A DNA stretch of 64,000 nt from a virus. Within the stretch, counting starts at the first letter, position 1; each line of letters begins with the position of its first letter. Both the position numbers and the translations under genes were made by a program. The stretch spans positions 89,670 through 153,669 of the IMG/VR virus record IMGVR_UViG_3300032308_002775; one strand, given 5' to 3'. Shown in pieces: positions 48,645-57,819 of the stretch. The notes below the pieces were generated by a model. It did not search any database, was not told the origin of the DNA, and saw only the letters and a list, made by a program, of their open reading frames with translations.

Positions 48645-49731
48645 CGTACTGGATGATTTTCTCAAGGTGGCCGCGCCTGCGTCGAAGGATAGCCATCGGC
48701 TGCTGCTTGCCGCAGCGCTGGTGGAGATTCTCCGACTGTCAGGCAGCGAGTCAAAAACTCCGGGTATCGCCCGGGCAAAAATGGTCACGGCGGCAGAGCA
48801 GCTGGCGCGCTATGACTTCTCGGGCCTGACGTTTTCTTTGACGCGCGCAGTCCGCAACGAAACCGTCAAAGATATCTTTGACCAGGTGGGTACGCCGCCC
48901 GAGCGCCGGGACGCTCTCTTGCTTGAAGCGGTGCGGCAGTTCGTAAACGTGGTGCAACTCGAGCCGGAAGTTTCCAGCCAGGAGTTGTTCAACCAGCTGG
49001 TGGCCGAGGCTGCAATTGCCGCCACCGCTCCGCCGAAGGTGTTACCGCCTGCGCAGCCTGTCAAGAAGGCTCCGGCGCTGGTACAGACCGCGCAGCTTGG
49101 CTCGGTATTTGTACCCGCAAAGTTCTCTCCCAACGGCAGCCCCGCCGCGGAGTTGCTCGACTGGCAGAGTGAGTATCCCAACGGCAGCGGTCTGGGCCCG
49201 CAGCTGGCGGCGCTGAGCGTCGACGAGGGGGCCGACGTGAAGATTCTCACCGAGACGGGTGAGTTCGTTTGGATTCCCAAAGATACGTTTCTGCTCGCCA
49301 AAGCGGCGCCGGAAGATTACGCTGCTGTGTCGCCGTACATGCTGGCCTGCGCGCGAGTTTACGCGCCCTGGTGCTGGGGACCTGCCGCCGATTTGGAGGC
49401 GCTCTATGACGCGCGCTTTGGCCGTTTTACGAAACCTCTGCTGTTTGCCACGTACGCACCTGATTTCGTGGGCGCCCTGCAGGACGTCTTCGATCGACCT
49501 GGCAACTACCCGCCGGGTCATTCTGTTTCGGTCACGCTCAGTGTTGACGGAAGTCCATACTCCGTTACTCTGGACGCTCGTACCTCGAACACAGGTCCTT
49601 ACGTAACCGCTAAGCTCCTCGACGCCCACGAGAACATTGTGATGCGGCTTGATACGCCCAGGCAGTTTTCTCCGCGGGGCGTATACTTGTTTCCTCTTCC
49701 GGAGGCAGCCGCGGGGCTGATCGTGTTTTAA
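48619..49731 (+). CDS. Hypothetical protein
   Basis: Long ORF coupled (TAATG) to hldE. Confidence 0.65.
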   Translation: MADECVASDVLDDFLKVAAPASKDSHRLLLAAALVEILRLSGSESKTPGIARAKMVTAAEQLARYDFSGLTFSLTRAVRNETVKDIFDQVGTPPERRDALLLEAVRQFVNVVQLEPEVSSQELFNQLVAEAAIAATAPPKVLPPAQPVKKAPALVQTAQLGSVFVPAKFSPNGSPAAELLDWQSEYPNGSGLGPQLAALSVDEGADVKILTETGEFVWIPKDTFLLAKAAPEDYAAVSPYMLACARVYAPWCWGPAADLEALYDARFGRFTKPLLFATYAPDFVGALQDVFDRPGNYPPGHSVSVTLSVDGSPYSVTLDARTSNTGPYVTAKLLDAHENIVMRLDTPRQFSPRGVYLFPLPEAAAGLIVF

Positions 49732-51245
49732 TGTCGTATCGGCCGCCCAAAATTCTGGTGCTTGGCGACGTCATGCTCGATCTTTGGGCGCAGGGCTTTG
49801 CCAGGCCCAATAACCCAGAGGGCGCGGCAATCATCGCCACCGGCGACGGCGAAGAGCGGCAGGTTACTTTGGGCGGCGCCGGGCTTGTCGCGACACTCTT
49901 GCGCAGCCTTGGGTTGCGTGTGCGTCTTATGAGTCGCCTGGGCGACGACACCGCCGGGCACACGTGCCATGCGTTGTTTCACGATTACGGTCTATCTTGT
50001 AAGTACACGCAATTTGTTTCTGACTTTGTCACGCCCGCTAAGATGCGGTTTGTGAACGAGCACGGCCTTGTAACGTTTCGCTACGACGAAGAGCAATCGT
50101 GTCAAACTTATCTCGCGCAACGCTCGCGAGATTTCGACTTCGATCTCTACAGCAAAAACGCGGAACTGGCCAATGCCGTGGTCGTCGCCGATTACGGCAA
50201 AGGGTACTGCCAGTATTACGGTAAAAAGATCATCGAATCGGCACGGTACTACGGCGCGCTGACTGTGGTTGGCGCCAAGCCACTTGTGCTGGATTCGTAC
50301 CAAGGCGCCGACATCGTCAAAGTCAACGGCTCCGAGGCGAAGGAATACCTGGAATCGAAACAGCTTGCCTGGTCTCCCGATCGCCACGAAACGGCCAAGT
50401 TGTTTTGCGAAACGATTCAGGCGCGAATTGCTGTTATCACCTTTTCCCGCCACGGCGCGGTTTACGCGGTGCAGCAAGAGGACGGCAGCTACAAGACGTA
50501 CCAGACTCCGGCCAAGCCGTGTTTCCCGGTGGTCGCGAACTGCGTCGGCGCCGGAGACGCTTACCTGGCGGGCTTGATTGCTGAGCTTGTTTCGCCCCCG
50601 CGGCTCAAAACAATGCCTGACGACGTGCGGATGCACACGGCCACCGCCGCAGCCGCGGCTAGTTCGGCGCAGTACTTGAATCGCGGCTACCCGATCATTG
50701 ACCCAGCGACGATTTTCCTGGCGTCGTACGCGCGACGCGTCGAGGTGTCGTCATCGTGCAAAATCATGTCGTTTGCCCAAGCTGTCTCGACATGTGCCGC
50801 GTGGCGCTCAATTAGCGACGCGGTTGTTTTTACCAACGGCTGCTTTGATCTTCTTCACCGCGGCCACGTGCACTTGCTGGAACAGGCCAAGCAGCAGGGC
50901 AAACGGCTTATCGTGGCTGTTAACAGTGATCAAAGCGTTCGCCTGCTCAAGGGCGCCACACGCCCTGTGCAGGATTTTCAAACACGCGCCCAGGTGCTCG
51001 CGAGTCTGGGTTGCGTGGATGCGGTGGTAATGCTCGACGAAGAAGACTTCGCCGCGCAACCAGCGCTGCGCGCCATGATTGCCAATTTTGTACCAGACGT
51101 GCTGGTCAAAGGCGCGCAATACAAGGAGGAAGAGATTATCGGCTTTGAGGAGATGGTAAATCGCGACCCTCCAGGCCGAATCTGGCGCTGTCCGATGGTG
51201 GACGGCGTAAGCACGACACAATTAGTTGCGAGATTGCAGAAATGA
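49731..51245 (+). CDS. hldE: Bifunctional heptose-7-phosphate kinase / heptose-1-phosphate adenylyltransferase
   Basis: PfkB domain (LGDVMLD, GGAG, DYGKG, VGAGD) plus nucleotidyltransferase domain (FTNGCFDLLHRGH, VNSD.SVR.LKG..RP, PDVLVKG, STT). Confidence 0.92.
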   Translation: MSYRPPKILVLGDVMLDLWAQGFARPNNPEGAAIIATGDGEERQVTLGGAGLVATLLRSLGLRVRLMSRLGDDTAGHTCHALFHDYGLSCKYTQFVSDFVTPAKMRFVNEHGLVTFRYDEEQSCQTYLAQRSRDFDFDLYSKNAELANAVVVADYGKGYCQYYGKKIIESARYYGALTVVGAKPLVLDSYQGADIVKVNGSEAKEYLESKQLAWSPDRHETAKLFCETIQARIAVITFSRHGAVYAVQQEDGSYKTYQTPAKPCFPVVANCVGAGDAYLAGLIAELVSPPRLKTMPDDVRMHTATAAAAASSAQYLNRGYPIIDPATIFLASYARRVEVSSSCKIMSFAQAVSTCAAWRSISDAVVFTNGCFDLLHRGHVHLLEQAKQQGKRLIVAVNSDQSVRLLKGATRPVQDFQTRAQVLASLGCVDAVVMLDEEDFAAQPALRAMIANFVPDVLVKGAQYKEEEIIGFEEMVNRDPPGRIWRCPMVDGVSTTQLVARLQK

Positions 51246-51508
51246 CTGACAGCTATTTCGATTTTGGTGGTCATATCGAAGATGACACCGATGTTTCTCC
51301 GAGACGGTACAGCGACGAACAGGAAGAGAGCTTGTCTCCGTACGGGTTGCTTGTCGCCCGAATGGGTTACGAGCGCGGAAAAGAGATTTACGCGGCCATG
51401 GTGCGCGTCGCCAACACGGTGGCTGAGCAACACGGCGGCGTGCCCGGAGTTGTTTTCGACGTGGACGGCGGGCGGTTTGTGTCCATTCGAGAACGCTCGG
51501 AAGCCTAA
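51242..51508 (+). CDS. Hypothetical protein
   Basis: ATGA overlap. Confidence 0.55.
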   Translation: MTDSYFDFGGHIEDDTDVSPRRYSDEQEESLSPYGLLVARMGYERGKEIYAAMVRVANTVAEQHGGVPGVVFDVDGGRFVSIRERSEA

Positions 51509-51524
51509 CTGGAGGGGCGCGGCG

Positions 51525-52124
51525 ATGTACTTGTTCATGGACTGCGAAACGGGCGGCCTGGAGACCCACAACAGCCTGCTCACCGTGGCAGCGATCGTGG
51601 CAGATCGCAATTTCCAGCCTGTGCGCGGCGGCAACTCCGACGACACGCTTTACCTGGAGATTCGTCACCCGACGTACATCGTTACGCCCGAAGCGATCAC
51701 GATCAACAAGATCGACTTGATTCACCACAGCGCGCGCGGCTTGAAAGTCGACGACGCGCAGCAAAAATTTCTGGAGTTTATCCAACGCGGATACCAGATG
51801 AGCGGCGGCCGAAAGATGATTCCGGCTGGCCACAACCTCGCATTTGACCTGAACTTCATCTACGACCAGCTGATGTTTGAGAAGGAATGGCGCAAGTACG
51901 TGACCTACCCCGTACTCGACACGGCAATCCTGGCGCAGTTCTTCAACGCGTCAGGCGCGCTCAACTGCCGCTGCAACCTGGTCGAGGTTTGCGAGAACCT
52001 GGGCATTCCGTTGGAGAACGCGCACAACGCTATGGCTGATACAAAAGCGTGCCTGGCGCTGGCGCGGTACTTTGTCAACGTGACGCGACTAGAGCGCCCA
52101 GAATCAAGGCCTGCCGAGGTCTAA
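51525..52124 (+). CDS. DEDDh 3'-5' exonuclease (DnaQ-like)
   Basis: FMDCETGGL, GHNLAFD, LDT, HNAMAD; SD GGAGG. Confidence 0.9.
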   Translation: MYLFMDCETGGLETHNSLLTVAAIVADRNFQPVRGGNSDDTLYLEIRHPTYIVTPEAITINKIDLIHHSARGLKVDDAQQKFLEFIQRGYQMSGGRKMIPAGHNLAFDLNFIYDQLMFEKEWRKYVTYPVLDTAILAQFFNASGALNCRCNLVEVCENLGIPLENAHNAMADTKACLALARYFVNVTRLERPESRPAEV

Positions 52125-52242
52125 AGCCGGTGTGCGGCTCGGCCCCCAAGTCGTGAGTGGGGCATAACCACGAAGCCAGTAGCGTATTTTTTCGTCTCGT
52201 ACGCGGACTGGAAGTCGTAACTAGGAAGGACCCTGTCGCGCG

Positions 52243-52297
52243 CGCCCCGAGCGCATTTGGTTGCGCTGAAATCCGGGTTCGACTCCCGGCGGGGCGT
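52243..52297 (+). ncRNA. tRNA-like element with acceptor, D-like and T arms but no anticodon arm
   Basis: CGCCCCG/CGGGGCG acceptor; AGCGC-ATTTGGTT-GCGCT; GAAAT linker; CCGGG-TTCGACT-CCCGG. Confidence 0.7.
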
Positions 52298-52321
52298 ATA
52301 GCCTCTAACCCTGGACGTAGC

Positions 52322-53131
52322 ATGAATCACGCGTTCTTCACCATCGCGCAGGACGAGATCGACCTGCTGCCCGTGTGGGTGGAACATTACCGGGCATACG
52401 CGCCTGAAGCTGAGTTGTACGTGCTCGATCACGACAGCATGGGCGACGCGTCGTATTACCTGGAGCAGATCAAGCGGGACGGCGTCCACGTCGTGCCAGT
52501 TCGCCACAGCGAGAGCTTCGACTACGACTGGCTCCGGCGGGTGGTCGAGCGTTTCCAAGAGTTTCTGCTTCAGAGCTTCGGCGCCGTCGGTTTCAGCGAG
52601 GTCGACGAGTTGCTTTTGCCCAGGCCCGGCGAGTATCAGACGCTCGGCGAGCTGATCGCGGATTACCCAAAGTCGGCGTTCATCAAGGCCACCGGCTACT
52701 GCGTCGTGCACAACCACCACGAAGAGCCGGACATGCGCTGGAATCAACCGATCTTGGCCCAGCGCCGCCACTGGTACAAGAGCGCCCGGTACTCGAAGGT
52801 CGCCGTGTCGAGGCTGCCGGTGTTCTACGCCGCGGGCTTTCACGGCGCCTACAACGTTCCGCCGAACGAGCCGCCCCATCCTGACCTGCTGTGTCTCCAC
52901 CTGCACCAGGCGGATTACAAGACGGCCCTGCGGCGCCACCAGCGCAACGCCGGGCGCGTGTGGTGCGGCCGGTTTCGGTTTTCCCCCGAGGGCGTTCACC
53001 AGCGGCTGGATAACCCGGCCGATTTGGAAAGATATCTATTGTGCGACCTGGACAATCCGACCGAGTACGCACAGCTGGTAGAGATTCCGCAGCTTGTCAA
53101 GGACGCCTACCGGGTATGTCTGCCCCTTTGA
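52322..53131 (+). CDS. GT2-like glycosyltransferase (Glyco_tranf_2_4 type)
   Basis: TIAQDE..LLP.W..HY, YVLDHDS.. and EVDELL motifs. Confidence 0.75.
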   Translation: MNHAFFTIAQDEIDLLPVWVEHYRAYAPEAELYVLDHDSMGDASYYLEQIKRDGVHVVPVRHSESFDYDWLRRVVERFQEFLLQSFGAVGFSEVDELLLPRPGEYQTLGELIADYPKSAFIKATGYCVVHNHHEEPDMRWNQPILAQRRHWYKSARYSKVAVSRLPVFYAAGFHGAYNVPPNEPPHPDLLCLHLHQADYKTALRRHQRNAGRVWCGRFRFSPEGVHQRLDNPADLERYLLCDLDNPTEYAQLVEIPQLVKDAYRVCLPL

Positions 53132-53907
53132 CTCTTTACGTCACGCACACGGACCGCCATCCGGCCGTTGCCGCGGACTTCGTCGCGGCAGCGCGCTGGA
53201 CTAGCCGCTATCCATGCAGGACGGTCGTCGTCGTCCCAGAAGGCAAACGCGAGCAGTACGAAAGTTGCGGCGCCGATCTGGTTTGTGAAAGCGACGTCGA
53301 GGGCGATTTTCGGTTCTATGCTGGGCTTTATCGTGCAATGCATGACGGCGTTGAGTTTGAGCAGGTAGTGTGTCTGCGCGACGACGGGATATTTCTCGGG
53401 CAGGGCGCCGACGAATACATCAACCGACTGTTCTACGAGGAATCTATTGAGTTTCTTGGGGTAGCGGATCGCCACTATTACGGCGAGAGCTTTTTGAAAC
53501 TCAGCGCATTTTTTTCAGAATGTCGCGTGCCGCACGATCGCTGGGATAAACCGCCTGCAACCTACACAGCCCATTCTGCGTTTTTGGCGTTGACAAATAA
53601 GACAGCGCGCGACCTGTATTATCGGCGGTTGCTTGTGCCGCCCAATTACAAAAGCTGGCATCTTCCCTTTGGCGCATATGCCACGTGGACATGTCAGTTG
53701 TTGCTGTTGCCGTACGTGCTGAAAGGCGCGATGGACCGACCGCATGCGCCGTTTTACGTTAACGACGGCTGGGGCGGCGCGTACAATACGCCGCCGTACC
53801 TGCTCCATCCGGGGGTGCTGTTATATTGGTCTTTGCGCCATGTCGCGGGCTACAGCGAGACTGAAACACGCGCCTGGTGCCGGTCGCGCAGGGAGGCCAA
53901 TTCATGA
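53116..53907 (+). CDS. Possible GT-A-fold glycosyltransferase-like protein
   Basis: VVCLRDDGIF acidic motif after a beta strand; adjacent to a GT gene. Confidence 0.4.
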   Translation: MSAPLTLYVTHTDRHPAVAADFVAAARWTSRYPCRTVVVVPEGKREQYESCGADLVCESDVEGDFRFYAGLYRAMHDGVEFEQVVCLRDDGIFLGQGADEYINRLFYEESIEFLGVADRHYYGESFLKLSAFFSECRVPHDRWDKPPATYTAHSAFLALTNKTARDLYYRRLLVPPNYKSWHLPFGAYATWTCQLLLLPYVLKGAMDRPHAPFYVNDGWGGAYNTPPYLLHPGVLLYWSLRHVAGYSETETRAWCRSRREANS

Positions 53908-54527
53908 ACGCCGACTTTCAACACATGTCGGTTGACGAGTTGCAGTTCGTGCGGCTTTACGCGCTGACGCTCAAGAAGCGGTACGACGAGTTCTTTAACG
54001 CTCTTCAACTAATGCGCAGCGAGATCGGCGTCAGATGTCCGGTGCGCGCCGCGATGCTTGCCCGCCAGCTTCACGAAATGGGCGCGGAGTTTGAATACGC
54101 CCTCGCGAGCCTGGCGACCAAACACAGCGCACGCGTGCGAACCGTGCCGAAAATACCCAGCGCATTGGAACTTGTGCAGCTGATCAAGGTTTCTTTCTTC
54201 AAGCTCGTCGAGCCGCCGGAAAATCCGCAGGAGTCTGGAGACGACAAAGGTTGGTTTTCAGGGCATCCGTTGGAGTGGGAGAACGCTTGGTACAAAATCC
54301 AGCCCAAGCATAAAAAAACGGACATTGGTCCGGCGCTCACAACGATGATGCAAGCATTCATGCAGCTGATGAATGAAAACGGCTCATTTAACATCACGTA
54401 CATTCCTGGTTTTCCCACCAAGAAGTTGCCGCCGTGGGCAAACGACACGCACCAGGACTACGAGGAAGAAGACTACGACGATGATGAAGACGACAACTAT
54501 GGTCCGGATTACGGCATTTCCTACTAG
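53904..54527 (+). CDS. Hypothetical protein with an acidic tail
   Basis: SD GGAGG; ATGA overlap. Confidence 0.6.
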   Translation: MNADFQHMSVDELQFVRLYALTLKKRYDEFFNALQLMRSEIGVRCPVRAAMLARQLHEMGAEFEYALASLATKHSARVRTVPKIPSALELVQLIKVSFFKLVEPPENPQESGDDKGWFSGHPLEWENAWYKIQPKHKKTDIGPALTTMMQAFMQLMNENGSFNITYIPGFPTKKLPPWANDTHQDYEEEDYDDDEDDNYGPDYGISY

Positions 54528-54536
54528 GAGCTTTGC

Positions 54537-55721
54537 GTGACGCCGCTGTTCGTGTTTACCGCCGACCTTCACCTGGAGGACGGCGCCTGGTCGACCCGAC
54601 CGAGCATTTATGGCGACGCGTATTACAGCTTCGCCCAGATCGTGGACTACTGCATCGAGAAGCGGCTGCCCCTAATCCTGGGCGGCGACGTGCTCGAGAA
54701 GAAGAGCAATTCCGCCCGCCCAATCGCCAAGCTGTGCGAAGGCTTGTCTCGGATGCAGCAGGCTGGCGCGCCGGTCTACTACATCCAGGGCAACCACGAG
54801 TACGACCGCAACGCGCCCTGGCTGTCGGTCCATCCCTGGCCGCAGCACATTCACAAGCAGACCGTGGATATCGCAGGCCATCCGGTCTACGGCCTGGACT
54901 GGCTGCCCCGCGGCGAGATCCAGGAGGCCTTCAAGGATGTGCCCGAGCGCACGCACATCCTGATCACGCACCAGGTCTGGGAGGACCTGATGAAGGGCCT
55001 GGGCCGCACCGAGTGCAGCATCGCTGACGTCCACAACGTCCGCACCGTGCTGGCTGGCGACTTTCACGTCACGACTACGGTCGAGGGCGTCAACGCCGAC
55101 GGCTTGCGCACCGAAATGCTTTCGCCCGGCTCGATCTGCATGCAGGACCTGGGCGAGTGCCCGACCAAGTACTTTTTTGTGATCAACCGCAAGGAAGAAG
55201 GCGGCTTCGAATTCGAGGCGCAGAAGCTGCGCACCCGCCCGTTCCTGAACTACGTGGTCAAAGATCAGGAGCTGCTAGACAGGCTTTGTGCCGGTGAGCT
55301 GGCGACGGCCATTGCCGAGGCGCAGGCGCAGTGCTCGAGTGCCGAACGCGTCCTGGGCATCGACAAGCCGATCGTCCGGATCAAATTCGACAAGCGGCTT
55401 CCCGACGCGTTCCTGCGGCTGACCACGGCCGTGGGCGACTTGGCGCACCTGTTCTGCGAGGCCCTGGCCGATAAGACCACGGCGCAGCAGACCAAGAACA
55501 ACAACCGCTCCGGCGCCCGCAACGACGTGCTGGCCGCCCTTTCCGACCTGCTTGGCGCAGACTCGGAGGAGTACAAACTAGCCGAGCGCCTGGTCCGGGC
55601 CGAAGATCCTGGCAAGGAGCTCGAGGCGTTTTTCAACGCGTTTTTCATCGAGGAGGTTCCCTGTGCAATTGTTGAGACTGGAAGTCCGGAATTGGGTACA
55701 CCATCGCCATCGGGTGTGTGA
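54537..55721 (+). CDS. sbcD: SbcD/Mre11-like nuclease
   Basis: ADLH, GGD, GNHE, THQ and GDFH metallophosphoesterase motifs; adjacent to a Rad50-like gene. Confidence 0.88.
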   Translation: MTPLFVFTADLHLEDGAWSTRPSIYGDAYYSFAQIVDYCIEKRLPLILGGDVLEKKSNSARPIAKLCEGLSRMQQAGAPVYYIQGNHEYDRNAPWLSVHPWPQHIHKQTVDIAGHPVYGLDWLPRGEIQEAFKDVPERTHILITHQVWEDLMKGLGRTECSIADVHNVRTVLAGDFHVTTTVEGVNADGLRTEMLSPGSICMQDLGECPTKYFFVINRKEEGGFEFEAQKLRTRPFLNYVVKDQELLDRLCAGELATAIAEAQAQCSSAERVLGIDKPIVRIKFDKRLPDAFLRLTTAVGDLAHLFCEALADKTTAQQTKNNNRSGARNDVLAALSDLLGADSEEYKLAERLVRAEDPGKELEAFFNAFFIEEVPCAIVETGSPELGTPSPSGV

Positions 55722-57819
55722 GTTCACCCGCGGCCTGGTGGCCATTCTGGGCGAGAACGGTTCCGGCAAGAGCAGCCTCTTCGGCGCGCTGAAGTGGCTG
55801 CTTACCGGCGAGAATCCCAACTACGGCGTCAAGGCCGACAACGTCAGCCAGTACGCCAAGGAAGGCGAGCCCGCCTTCGCCACGCTGGAGTTCGAGCACT
55901 CCGGCCATATTGCCGTTGTTACACGGCACCTGCTGCCCGCCAACGAGCAGTCCACGTTCACGTTGGACGGCGTCGAGAAGGCCCGCGGCGACAAGGCCGT
56001 GACCAAGGCCATCGAGGAGCTGCTTGGAGTGGACTCAAAGTTTATTTCGCGGTTCATCATCGTCGGCCAGACCGAGATCTTCTCGTTTATCGATGACAGC
56101 CAGACTGAGACCGACAAGTTCTTCCAGCGGCTGTTCAACACGGCCAAGGCCGACAAGTGCCAGGACGCGCTGGGCAAGAACCTGTCAAAGATATCTATTC
56201 CCGAGGTGCTCACACCGTCCAGCCAGTTGCAGGCCGCCTGCGACGCCGCGGCGGCCGAGGTCGCCGAAATCGACAAGCAGCTTGCCGGGTTGCCTTCAAT
56301 GGAAACGTACTTCGAGCTGCAGAAGAACGATCAGGCGATCATCCAAGATTGGGAAGCCCGTGAACGCGCCGGGACTGAGCTGGCCAAGATCGACAGTGAC
56401 AAGGCGACGCTTGCCAAGCAGCTTGCCGCGGCGCAGGAGGAGCGCGATCGGCACAAGGCGGACATCGCGGCGCTCGATGATGCTTCGGACGGCCAGGAAG
56501 AGTCGATCACTGCCGCCCGGACAGCTCTGGGCCACTGGCAGAGCTACAAGTCGGTGGCAACGGCCAAAGAACGCCTTCAAAAGAGCCGCGGCGAGCTGGC
56601 CGCCCAGCGGGCTGCCAACCCAAAGCCAACACCGCCAGACGAGACGGAATTGAATTTGGCGCTGCAGGAGAATCAGCAGGTTTCGCACGCGCTTGCGAAA
56701 GCCGACAGTTTCGTGCAGACATTTTCGCGCGAAGGCGTGGCGGAGTGCCCCACTTGTCACACCCCCAGCGCCAACCTGCAGGCTCATCTAGAAGAGCAGC
56801 GCGCCGCCCTGGAAAACCTGCGGCGGGAACGCGACCAGCTCACGGCGCAGCTGGAGGCTTTTACTCAGCAACAAAAACTCTGCGCGGCCTGGGAAAAACT
56901 TAACGCGGAGCTGGATGGTCGGGAGCGACAGCTTGCCGATGCCGAGACCAAGCTTCAGGACGTGACGCCTCCAGCGCTCTCGGAGGACGAGCTGTCGCAG
57001 ACGGTCACGGACTACGATTCTTTCCAAAAAGCGCGACAGGCGCTCGCCCCGCTCCTGCAGGCGGCGGCGTCCAAATGCGACCGCCTGGAAGGGCAGCTCG
57101 CGGCGCTGCGAGACCGTCACGCAGAGCTCTCCGAGCAAATCGAACAGTCCACTGTCACCCAGGCCGACGTTCATCAGGCTCGCGCGCGGTTGGAGCAATT
57201 GAGCGCGCTGCTCGCCGAACGTGAACAACTCGCGCAATCTCGCAGCGAGTCGCTCTGGCGGCAGCGGGACGCACAGCGCACGCTCGAACAGGCGCAGGCC
57301 GACGAGCAAAAGGCTGCTCAACTGCGCACCTGGGTGGAGCGAGCAGAACGTACTCGCGAGGCACTCAAGAACGCGCCACGGCTCGTCGCCCAGCGCAATT
57401 TGCAGCGATTGGAAGCCTCGATTAACGAGCTTCTGCGAATTTTCCAAGTAAACTTTCAAATCAAGGTTGCCGAAGATGGCACACCAACCTTCATCGCCGA
57501 GTTCTACGACGGGCGGCGCCAAGTCGCGCAACGATTGTCCATCGGACAGAAAACAGTCCTGGCACTTGCGTTTCGAGTCGCCGTCAATGCGCAGTTTGCC
57601 GAAGAAATCGGTCTACTGGCGCTGGACGAGCCGACTGCTTCGCTGGATAGTCCGCGCATCCAAGCGCTTGCTCCCGTACTAGAGAAACTGCGGGAGTTGT
57701 CTACCGCGAAGGGCTTGCAATGCCTTCTGGTGACGCACGCGGCTAGTTTGTCTAACCTATTCGAGTCAGCTATTGAACTCGAGCCGCCGGAACTGCGACA
57801 TGCCAGCACAAACGGATGA
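55663..57819 (+). CDS. sbcC: SbcC/Rad50-like SMC ATPase
   Basis: GENGSGKS, coiled coils, CPTC zinc hook, LSIGQK signature, LDEPT. Confidence 0.92.
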   Translation: MQLLRLEVRNWVHHRHRVCEFTRGLVAILGENGSGKSSLFGALKWLLTGENPNYGVKADNVSQYAKEGEPAFATLEFEHSGHIAVVTRHLLPANEQSTFTLDGVEKARGDKAVTKAIEELLGVDSKFISRFIIVGQTEIFSFIDDSQTETDKFFQRLFNTAKADKCQDALGKNLSKISIPEVLTPSSQLQAACDAAAAEVAEIDKQLAGLPSMETYFELQKNDQAIIQDWEARERAGTELAKIDSDKATLAKQLAAAQEERDRHKADIAALDDASDGQEESITAARTALGHWQSYKSVATAKERLQKSRGELAAQRAANPKPTPPDETELNLALQENQQVSHALAKADSFVQTFSREGVAECPTCHTPSANLQAHLEEQRAALENLRRERDQLTAQLEAFTQQQKLCAAWEKLNAELDGRERQLADAETKLQDVTPPALSEDELSQTVTDYDSFQKARQALAPLLQAAASKCDRLEGQLAALRDRHAELSEQIEQSTVTQADVHQARARLEQLSALLAEREQLAQSRSESLWRQRDAQRTLEQAQADEQKAAQLRTWVERAERTREALKNAPRLVAQRNLQRLEASINELLRIFQVNFQIKVAEDGTPTFIAEFYDGRRQVAQRLSIGQKTVLALAFRVAVNAQFAEEIGLLALDEPTASLDSPRIQALAPVLEKLRELSTAKGLQCLLVTHAASLSNLFESAIELEPPELRHASTNG

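Noticed and set aside
52206-52225. GACTGGAAGTCGTAACTAGG resembles the conserved 16S rRNA 3' motif (AAGTCGTAACAAGG)
   Set aside because: The match is short with a mismatch and a gap, and there is no flanking rRNA sequence. It is treated as part of a local hairpin.
52126-52300. Possible tmRNA or tRNA-Sec
   Set aside because: There is no GGGG-type 5' end with a G3-U70 pair, no CCA, no tag ORF and no anticodon arm, and it is too short.
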